From assembly GCA_049296095.1 (NCBI GenBank), contig JBAQRV010000001.1, positions 120,001 to 152,000 on the forward strand: a stretch of DNA of 32,000 bases. The letters run 5' to 3'. The stretch's first letter is position 1, and the number at the start of each line of letters is the position of its first letter. Of the stretch, positions 17,538 through 23,709 are shown one piece after another. The notes beneath the pieces were generated by a model, which saw only the letters and a program-made list of their open reading frames with translations, made no database searches and was not told the DNA's origin. The translations under genes and the position numbers were made by a program. The DNA is from Candidatus Saccharimonadota bacterium. GTDB lineage: Bacteria; Patescibacteriota; Saccharimonadia; Saccharimonadales; Saccharimonadaceae.

Positions 17538-17558
17538 GAGATGTGCTCCCGCCTCTGA

Positions 17559-17574
17559 GTTCACAGGTGTGAAC
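17559..17574. promoter_or_regulatory. 16-bp palindromic operator candidate at about +1 of the 108-aa gene
   Basis: GTTCACA-GG-TGTGAAC has perfect 7-bp arms. It lies between the -10 box and the SD of the minus-strand gene. Confidence 0.5.
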
Positions 17575-17580
17575 ATACTT

Positions 17581-17609
17581 ATTATACAACACTTTAGTAT
17601 AATTATCAA
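17581..17609 (-). promoter_or_regulatory. Consensus sigma70-type promoter of the 108-aa gene
   Basis: On the minus strand: TTGATA (17609-17604), 17 nt, TATAAT (17586-17581). Confidence 0.7.
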
Positions 17610-17612
17610 ATG

Positions 17613-17640
17613 AAAAAGCAGGCCAGCCGACCTGCTTTTT
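17613..17640. terminator. Rho-independent terminator directly after tRNA-Leu(UAG)
   Basis: AAAAAGCAGG (17613-17622), 8-nt loop, CCTGCTTTTT (17631-17640). It is symmetric with A/T tracts on both sides. Confidence 0.85.
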
Positions 17641-17644
17641 CATT

Positions 17645-17729
17645 TGGTGCGCGAGAAAGGACTTGAACCTTCACGCCCGAGGGCACTAGCTCCTAAGGCT
17701 AGCGTGTCTACCAATTCCACCACTCGCGC
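17645..17729 (-). tRNA. tRNA-Leu (anticodon UAG), class II long variable arm, CCA encoded
   Basis: The reverse complement folds as acceptor GCGCGAG/CTCGCGC, D-arm GTGGAATTGGTAGACAC, anticodon stem CTAGC/GCTAG with loop CTTAGGA, long variable arm, T-arm AAGGTTCAAGTCCTT, then ACCA. Confidence 0.93.
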
Positions 17730-17750
17730 CAATATATTATGCGTACGCTC

Positions 17751-17785
17751 GCGTGTCTACCCATGATCAGGTCCACCACTCGCGC
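17751..17785 (-). pseudogene. Partial duplicate of the 5' acceptor/D-arm portion of tRNA-Leu(UAG)
   Basis: 17772-17785 is identical to 17716-17729 (14 nt). 17751-17761 is identical to 17702-17712 (11 nt). The two blocks are separated by 10 unrelated nt instead of 3. No anticodon or T arm follows. Confidence 0.6.
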
Positions 17786-17880
17786 ATTACAGTGCATTAT
17801 AACAGAGACGGACGAGATTGTCATCAGTGAAGCTGCTTGTGCTATCATAGAATCAAAGACATACAAAGGGGACGTGAGAA

Positions 17881-19482
17881 ATGAACAAGATTGCAGTCTA
17901 TCTGAATGAGCATTTACTGGGTGAAGTCAGCAGCTCCAAAGCAATTCGGCGTCGCTATAGTCGCGACGGAAGTGTTCTTTCGATTACGCCTGAGATTGTG
18001 GTGTTTCCGCGGGTTACTAATGATGTTCGCAAGGCAGCTCGCTTTGCTTGGCAGTTGGCCGAAAAGGGTCATGCGCTGGCCATGACTGTTCGTGGTCTTG
18101 GTGGGGACACGACTGGTGCTGCGATAGGTAAAGGTATGGTTCTCAGCATCTCTACTCATTTGAATAAGATTATCCACCTTGCCGTCAAGGATCGGCTCGT
18201 CCATGTACAGCCGGGCGTGACGTTCGCGGCGCTTGACACGATGTTGAAATGGCATGGCTTGGCGATACCAAATATGCCGGTACATGCTCGGCACACAACT
18301 GTTGGTGGTGCGATCGCCTCGAACTCTCTTGGTAATACAGGTGAGGTAGGGAGCTCAATTGAGAAGCTAGAAGTCGTACTGGCGAATGGTGATCTCATCG
18401 AAACGGGCCGAATGAGCCGACACGACCTTAGCAAGAAGCTTGGTTTACAAACATTTGAGGGTGAGATTTACCGAAAACTTGAAGGTATTATTGAGGACAA
18501 CGAAGAGTTGCTCAAGCAAATCGCGGCTGATCCGGTCCGTGACAACGCGGGATATCGAAGTATTGCGGCGGTGAAGAACCGAGACGGTTCATTTGATCTG
18601 ACGCCACTGTTTATTGGTAGCCAGGGAACACTTGGGATTATTTCCGAAATTGTCCTTAAGGCGGAGTTTTATAGCCAAGACCAAACCATGGCCGTGGCGA
18701 TTGCCGAGTCGAATGAGTTGGCGCGTGATATTACAGACCGCCTCAAAGAGCTCGAGCCGGCACAACTAGATATCTATGATGGTGAGTTGTTCCGTCGTGC
18801 GAGCGAGCAAGGTGCGCAGTTTAGTCTACTGGGTTCGACAGATCAAATCGGTTCGGTTATCTATGTCCGCTTTAACGATTTCAGCGATCGAGCGCAGGCC
18901 GGCAAGCTAAAGAAAATGCGCAAACTGCTCATGAAACTCAACGTTGGGATGGTTGATTCTACCGATCACGCACCCGAAGAATTCGATGCTATCACTGGTG
19001 TGACGGATTCACTCGGGCTGACCGCTAACGATAACGATGTCGCCTTGCCGCTGCTCGATGGCTCGTTCATTCCAGCTCCACGTCGCGAAGAGTTTGCGAA
19101 CGCCATAGTTGAGCTGGCTACGAAACATCATATGCAACTCCCCCTCAAGGAGAATCCGCTGACGGGCACCGTCTATGCCTACCCGATTTTGAAGCTGGAC
19201 GTTGTCAGTGATAAGCAAAAACTATTTCGCCTTTTAACTGACTACGCTGCGCTGGTTGATAAGCTCGATGGTGCCTTTGTGAGTGATGGTGCCGAGGGAC
19301 GACTGAAGTCAAACGCTGCTTGGTCGGTCATGGATGAAGCGCATGCGCATCTCTATGAACAAGTCCGTGCCGTTTTTGATCCATTCGGCACACTCAACCC
19401 AGGTGTGAAGCAAAAGAATGACATCCGTGGTCTCGCGTCGGCACTTCGTTCATCATACGACGTCGGCGACTTCGTCTCTTAA
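17881..19482 (+). CDS. FAD-linked oxidase/dehydrogenase (GlcD / FAD_binding_4-like)
   Basis: 533 aa. N-terminal PCMH-type FAD-binding pattern VVFPRVTNDV...VRGLGGDTTGAAI...VHVQPGVTFAALD...TVGGAIASNSLG. SD AGGGGA upstream. Confidence 0.8.
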   Translation: MNKIAVYLNEHLLGEVSSSKAIRRRYSRDGSVLSITPEIVVFPRVTNDVRKAARFAWQLAEKGHALAMTVRGLGGDTTGAAIGKGMVLSISTHLNKIIHLAVKDRLVHVQPGVTFAALDTMLKWHGLAIPNMPVHARHTTVGGAIASNSLGNTGEVGSSIEKLEVVLANGDLIETGRMSRHDLSKKLGLQTFEGEIYRKLEGIIEDNEELLKQIAADPVRDNAGYRSIAAVKNRDGSFDLTPLFIGSQGTLGIISEIVLKAEFYSQDQTMAVAIAESNELARDITDRLKELEPAQLDIYDGELFRRASEQGAQFSLLGSTDQIGSVIYVRFNDFSDRAQAGKLKKMRKLLMKLNVGMVDSTDHAPEEFDAITGVTDSLGLTANDNDVALPLLDGSFIPAPRREEFANAIVELATKHHMQLPLKENPLTGTVYAYPILKLDVVSDKQKLFRLLTDYAALVDKLDGAFVSDGAEGRLKSNAAWSVMDEAHAHLYEQVRAVFDPFGTLNPGVKQKNDIRGLASALRSSYDVGDFVS

Positions 19483-19507
19483 CAGTAGTGCGTTTCTTTG
19501 GTATAAT
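19479..19507 (+). promoter_or_regulatory. Promoter of tRNA-Leu(CAG)
   Basis: TTAACA (19479-19484), 17 nt, extended -10 TGG-TATAAT (19499-19507). It lies ~34 nt upstream of the mature tRNA 5' end. Confidence 0.6.
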
Positions 19508-19540
19508 TCGTGAGTTCTACTCATAAAACATTACACACGT

Positions 19541-19627
19541 GCGCGCGTGGCGGAATTGGTAGACGCGCTAGCTTCAGGTGCTAGTGTCAGCAATGACGTG
19601 GAGGTTCAAGTCCTCTCGCGCGCACCA
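19541..19627 (+). tRNA. tRNA-Leu (anticodon CAG), class II, CCA encoded
   Basis: Acceptor GCGCGCG/CGCGCGC, D-arm GGCGGAATTGGTAGACGC, anticodon stem CTAGC/GCTAG with loop TTCAGGT, long variable arm, T-arm GAGGTTCAAGTCCTC, then ACCA. Confidence 0.93.
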
Positions 19628-19636
19628 AAGTAAGAA

Positions 19637-19660
19637 CCCAGCTTTACGGCTGGGCTTTTA
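19637..19660 (+). terminator. Rho-independent terminator after tRNA-Leu(CAG)
   Basis: CCCAGC (19637-19642), 6-nt loop, GCTGGG (19649-19654), then CTTTTA. Confidence 0.75.
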
Positions 19661-19679
19661 CTTAGGCTATACTAAGGTG

Positions 19680-20291
19680 ATGCAAGAAGAAATTATAGGT
19701 GTCGGTCCGCACCCAGAACCATGGCCAACTGATCCAAGATATGATCGAATGCTCCTAAAGAACGGTGATAATCGTAACGTACTCGATAAATATCACTATT
19801 GGACGGTAGCCGCCATCAAGGCTGATCTCGATGAGTCGCGACAGGATTTAGAGATTGCGATCGAAAATCTGCAACGTGACTACAATATGGGCACGATTGT
19901 GCGCTGCGCCAACGCATTCAATATCAAGAAAGTACATATTATTGGTCGTAAGCAGTGGAACAAGCGCGGTGCGATGGTAACGGATCTTTATATGAATATT
20001 CAGTATCATGATGACGTGAATGCTTTTGAAGAGGCGATGAAGAAGTCTAGCCGAGAGATTATTGCCGTTGATATTGTCGAAGGTGCTCGTGGATTGTCAG
20101 AGACTCCACTGCCGAGGAATGCGGTGCTTGTATTTGGTGCTGAAGGTCCCGGTCTCAGTAAAGAGTTGCTTGCTAAAGCAAAAGAAGTAGTGATGATCGA
20201 ACAATTTGGCTCAACCAGATCTGTTAATGTCGGTGTGGCAGCTGGGATTGCTATGTACGCCTGGATGCAACAATATTCGTTGACCCACTAG
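19680..20291 (+). CDS. SpoU/TrmH-family RNA 2'-O-methyltransferase
   Basis: The ORF-track start (19578) lies inside the tRNA, so the call was trimmed to ATG 19680 (GTG 19677 is also possible). SPOUT motifs NMGTIVRCANAF, LVFGAEGPGLS, IEQFGSTRSVNVGVAAGIAMY. TATACT (19668-19673) lies 6 nt before the ATG. Confidence 0.85.
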   Translation: MQEEIIGVGPHPEPWPTDPRYDRMLLKNGDNRNVLDKYHYWTVAAIKADLDESRQDLEIAIENLQRDYNMGTIVRCANAFNIKKVHIIGRKQWNKRGAMVTDLYMNIQYHDDVNAFEEAMKKSSREIIAVDIVEGARGLSETPLPRNAVLVFGAEGPGLSKELLAKAKEVVMIEQFGSTRSVNVGVAAGIAMYAWMQQYSLTH

Positions 20292-20314
20292 GGGTAGCGT
20301 GTCATACTAAAAGT

Positions 20315-20971
20315 ATGGCCAACTCGCCCAACCAGTCTCCACCTGGAAAGCAGTTCGAACTGCGACTGACGGCGAATGATCTCGAATTTGACAGACTTCT
20401 CGCAGAACTCACCCTCCCGGCAACGCGCGCTCGCTTGCCGGGTTTTTTACATCTCTTTTCTGAACGAACATTCATACATACTGTGACTGATAGGGATATA
20501 GATGGACATAGTCAGACTGAAACGGCCTTGCGAGCTTTTCGAATGAAGGTGACGAATCATACTCGCACAAAGTTTTCTCTCGATGATGTTGTCACAAAAG
20601 AACGGGTGAACAGTGGTGAGCAGAAGACAAGAATTAATCTAGGGTTGCGTCTAGGTATTCAAGCGACGAGTGAGCTTGTGTTACCGCCTTTCTTTGATGC
20701 AGAGGATCGCAAAAAAGAAACGATACCGTTCTACTATACAATTCCAGATCCAGTACGGACACGTACAATGGGTGTGGCATTTAGGCAACTTGAGCAATAC
20801 TTAGCAGAGCATCCACGTGGTATTGTTGACGAACTGACGCTTGTCGAATTAGCTACGAGAAACCGTTCATTGAGAACCAGAGTGCGTCCAGAGAATGCTA
20901 CTGTTAAACCTATCCAGCTTACGCAACCTTCAAGCGAAGTGCCTGGGACTATACTTTCAGACGTAGGATGA
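20315..20971 (+). CDS. Hypothetical protein (218-aa ORFan, Arg/Thr-rich, no TM helix)
   Basis: Long ORF 23 nt after the trmH-like stop. TGTCATACT (20300-20308) lies 6 nt before the ATG. No motif recognised. Confidence 0.65.
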   Translation: MANSPNQSPPGKQFELRLTANDLEFDRLLAELTLPATRARLPGFLHLFSERTFIHTVTDRDIDGHSQTETALRAFRMKVTNHTRTKFSLDDVVTKERVNSGEQKTRINLGLRLGIQATSELVLPPFFDAEDRKKETIPFYYTIPDPVRTRTMGVAFRQLEQYLAEHPRGIVDELTLVELATRNRSLRTRVRPENATVKPIQLTQPSSEVPGTILSDVG

Positions 20972-20983
20972 TATAATAACCGT

Positions 20984-21037
20984 ATGAGCTTTAACCGAAC
21001 TCACCATCTACATCTGTTGCCGGAGCGAATCGGTTAG
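20984..21037 (+). CDS. Candidate 17-codon leader mini-ORF (MSFNRTHHLHLLPERIG)
   Basis: ATG lies 6 nt after an extended -10, TGA-TATAAT (20969-20977). Three His codons fall at positions 7, 8 and 10. The stop codon is embedded in a stem arm. Speculative. Confidence 0.3.
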   Translation: MSFNRTHHLHLLPERIG

Positions 21038-21060
21038 TTTTCCTTGTTTTTAAATGATAT

Positions 21061-21088
21061 AACGCCGAACATCGCTTCGGCGTTTTAC
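21061..21088 (+). terminator. Rho-independent terminator (ends the trmH-like/218-aa unit, or acts as an attenuator for the downstream operon)
   Basis: AACGCCGAA (21061-21069), loop CATCGC, TTCGGCGTT (21076-21084), running into TTTT. Confidence 0.8.
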
Positions 21089-21120
21089 TTGTAGATATTA
21101 TCAATAATTTAGGAACTATT

Positions 21121-21237
21121 ATGAAAACATTTGAAAATGAAACAATTTCTTGGCGAACTACTGATGAGATGCTCTCTTCTTACGAGCGTATAAATCTGCA
21201 ACTGCGACAGGGTGCCTTGGTATGGCTTCATCAATAG
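21121..21237 (+). CDS. 38-aa ORF, probably the displaced N-terminus of the PRTase-like gene
   Basis: Good SD (AGGAA at 21111-21115, 5-nt spacer). ETISWRTTDEMLSSYERINLQL resembles the N-terminal helix of Gpt/Hpt-type PRTases. It ends at TAG 21235-21237, overlapping the next ORF in the +1 frame. Confidence 0.45.
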   Translation: MKTFENETISWRTTDEMLSSYERINLQLRQGALVWLHQ

Positions 21238-21814
21238 ACAATTTGAGGCGATCACTGACTATGTAGCGCGATATGACGAACGTATTTTTCCGATTGATCT
21301 TAAGAAAATATCAGCTTCGGTAGTGTCGATGTGCCGTAACGAGTTAATACCGATTGTTGCGGTAGGGAGCGGCGCATCAGAGGTATTAGAAGGATTGCCA
21401 GAGGGCCGAGAGATCATTCAACAGTCGGTACAGGTAGTATGTGAATCGAGAGATCGTACACAACGCGAACTGGTCGCAAGCCCTGTACGGAGAACGGGAC
21501 AAGACTATTATTTTGTTGATGATGTGGCGGTGAGTGGTAATACACTACGTACCGCACTTAATGCTGCTCAATCTAGCATAGACGACCAGGTGATTGTAGG
21601 GCTCGAGTTTGATTCACGCCAACTTCGACAACGAGTTGGTCTTCCTTTGCGTTCGGCAATTACTTATAAACAGTTAGGTGGTGGTCGCCCAGCGATGAAC
21701 TCAGCCTCAACATTACTAACGGATGCGACGCTCACTGCTGAGTACGCTCAGGTGAAGGGTGTGGATCTGGGTCTATTACAAACTGTCAAGAAATTATATA
21801 TGGAGGAAATATGA
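21212..21814 (+). CDS. Type I phosphoribosyltransferase-like protein (possibly frameshifted; a full-length version would start at 21121)
   Basis: QDYYFVDDVAVSGNTLRTA matches the PRPP-binding loop (hydrophobic x4, DD, xx, S/T-G-x-T). The GTG 21212 start has no SD. ATGA overlap with the next gene. Confidence 0.65.
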   Translation: MPWYGFINRQFEAITDYVARYDERIFPIDLKKISASVVSMCRNELIPIVAVGSGASEVLEGLPEGREIIQQSVQVVCESRDRTQRELVASPVRRTGQDYYFVDDVAVSGNTLRTALNAAQSSIDDQVIVGLEFDSRQLRQRVGLPLRSAITYKQLGGGRPAMNSASTLLTDATLTAEYAQVKGVDLGLLQTVKKLYMEEI

Positions 21815-22347
21815 AAAAATTACAGATAGCCGTTATTGGATCGGCGGGAAATGAAGAATATCCATTCAAAAAACCGAACCAATCAATGTATGATGCGGCC
21901 GAAAGGATAGGGGTATTACTGGCCCGAGCGGATTGTATTGTTGTGAACGGAGGTAAGGGCGGTATCATGGAGCGTGTTTGTAAAGGAGCGAAGTCGGTCG
22001 GCGGTATAACGGTTGCCGAGGTCGCAGGCAACGGGCGAGGAGAGTCGAACAAGTATGTAGATATTGAAATAGTTACTACGGATGTTGGCTTCAGAGGCCC
22101 ATCTACACTTGTTGGAATGAGCGATGCGGTCATCGCTTTAGGTGGAGGCGCCGGCACCTTGCAAGAGATAGCCGTAGCATATCGAATGCAAAAGCCGGTC
22201 ATTCTTTTAAAAGGGTATGGCGGTTGGGTCGATCGTCTCGAGGATACGTATTTAGATGAGCGTCGATTAGTGCCATTCTACTCGACTGACTCACTAGAGA
22301 ATGCCGTTCAAGAAGCTATTACTAAAGCGAAATTAGGGAGACAATAA
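21811..22347 (+). CDS. LOG/SLOG-superfamily Rossmann protein (TIGR00725 / lysine-decarboxylase-like cluster)
   Basis: 178 aa. IAVIGSAG, NGGKGGIMERVCKGA and ALGGGAGTLQEIAVA correspond to the GGxGxME and (P)GGxGTxxE LOG motifs. SD GGAGGA upstream. Confidence 0.75.
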   Translation: MKKLQIAVIGSAGNEEYPFKKPNQSMYDAAERIGVLLARADCIVVNGGKGGIMERVCKGAKSVGGITVAEVAGNGRGESNKYVDIEIVTTDVGFRGPSTLVGMSDAVIALGGGAGTLQEIAVAYRMQKPVILLKGYGGWVDRLEDTYLDERRLVPFYSTDSLENAVQEAITKAKLGRQ

Positions 22348-23681
22348 TGAAAGATCTTAACTTGCAACTAACAGATGAAAATGCGACAATGAACAAAGAT
22401 ATGAGCGCTTTGTCATCACAACCATATAAGGGAACACGGGATTATTATCCCGAGGACAAGCGTACTCAAAACTATATTTTTAATGTTTGGCGTAAAGTTG
22501 TCGAACGTTTTGGCTATGAAGAGTACGGGGCGCCTATTCTGGAGCCGATTGATATTTACGCCGCCAAGAGTGGCCAAGAATTGGTAAATGACCAAACCTA
22601 TGTCTTTACTGACCGTGGTGGGCGAACGGTGGCGATTCGTCCCGAGATGACCCCTACAATTAGCCGTATGGTTGCTGCAAGGCGTCAAGAATTGGCTTAT
22701 CCAGCACGCTTGTATTCAATTGCGAACTTCATGCGCTACGAGCGACCGCAGCGTGGCCGTGAGCGCGAGTTCTGGCAACTGAATGCCGATATCTTTGGAG
22801 TTGACGAAGTGACAGCTGACAGTGAGATTATCGTGATGGCCGATGCTATTTTGAAGGAATTTGGTGCCAAATCTGGTGACTATGTTATCCGTGTCAATAA
22901 TCGCAAACTTGTCAGCTACATGATGGCGCAGTATCTGGGGTTGGATGAGGTCCAGGCTCAGCAAATGATAAAGCTGTTCGATCGTCGCAACAAGATTGTG
23001 GAACAGGATTTTGACGACCAGGCTCGAGAGATATTTGGCGGTACTGACGATCGCCTCGACAAGATCAAGCAATTGATTGACGCCAAGAAGCTGAGTGAAC
23101 TACCCGACGAACTACGTAAAGCTGACGCGATTAGTGAATTAGAGCAGGTCTTTAAAGCACTCGAAGATGCCGGTGTGACTGCTGCGGTGTTTGATGCAAC
23201 TTTGATGCGTGGGCTCGATTATTACACGGGGACAGTCTTTGAGGTCTTTGATACGCACCCAGATAATAATCGTTCGCTGTTTGGTGGTGGTCGCTACGAT
23301 GGCCTGGTTGGCTTGTTTGGTGCCGAGCCGATCTCGGCAGTAGGTATGGCACCTGGTAATACGATGATCGAGAACTTCTTGAACGTTCGCAACCTTATCC
23401 CAGCGCAGAAATCGTTAACCAAGGTGTACATCGCCGTTATTGACGAAGCTGACGTGTTAGCTAATAAACTTGCTCGGACACTGCGTGAGGCAGGTGTCAA
23501 TGTTGAACTGGATATAACGGGCCGTAAACTTGATAAACAAATTAAAACAGCCGTAAAAAAGAATATTCCATACGTTGTTTTTGTCGGTAAAGCAGACGAT
23601 ACAACCTTTTCGTTTAAGAATTTAGAGACACAAGAAGAGACCAAACTATCTGCTGATGAGATCATAGCGCAACTTGCGTAG
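22347..23681 (+). CDS. hisS: Histidine--tRNA ligase
   Basis: 444 aa. YKGTRDYYP. Motif 2 region RYERPQRGREREFWQLNADIFG. GGGRYDGLV. C-terminal anticodon-binding domain. SD GGGAG lies 8 nt upstream of ATG 22347, which shares one base (22347) with the upstream TAA stop. Internal ATGs at 22389 and 22401 are possible alternative starts. Confidence 0.9.
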   Translation: MKDLNLQLTDENATMNKDMSALSSQPYKGTRDYYPEDKRTQNYIFNVWRKVVERFGYEEYGAPILEPIDIYAAKSGQELVNDQTYVFTDRGGRTVAIRPEMTPTISRMVAARRQELAYPARLYSIANFMRYERPQRGREREFWQLNADIFGVDEVTADSEIIVMADAILKEFGAKSGDYVIRVNNRKLVSYMMAQYLGLDEVQAQQMIKLFDRRNKIVEQDFDDQAREIFGGTDDRLDKIKQLIDAKKLSELPDELRKADAISELEQVFKALEDAGVTAAVFDATLMRGLDYYTGTVFEVFDTHPDNNRSLFGGGRYDGLVGLFGAEPISAVGMAPGNTMIENFLNVRNLIPAQKSLTKVYIAVIDEADVLANKLARTLREAGVNVELDITGRKLDKQIKTAVKKNIPYVVFVGKADDTTFSFKNLETQEETKLSADEIIAQLA

Positions 23682-23693
23682 CTCATCTACCTC

Positions 23694-23702
23694 TGTTATA
23701 AT
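23694..23702 (+). promoter_or_regulatory. Extended -10 element immediately upstream of tig (leaderless-type layout)
   Basis: TGT-TATAAT ends 7 nt before ATG 23710, and there is no SD in between. Confidence 0.5.
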
Positions 23703-23709
23703 TGTCTAA

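Noticed and set aside
17169-17558. 129-aa plus-strand ORF overlapping the GC-rich 108-aa minus-strand gene
   Set aside because: High-GC DNA yields long ORFs on both strands. Only the minus-strand frame has a GGGAG SD, a consensus promoter and an operator. The plus-strand frame starts right after the GNAT stop with no signals.
19578-19679. 5' extension of the SpoU/TrmH ORF (ORF-track start at 19578)
   Set aside because: The extension runs through the body of tRNA-Leu(CAG) and its terminator. The call was trimmed to ATG 19680.
21786-22202. 138-aa minus-strand ORF antisense to the LOG-like gene
   Set aside because: It is a shadow ORF. The plus-strand frame carries clear LOG-family motifs and a GGAGGA SD.
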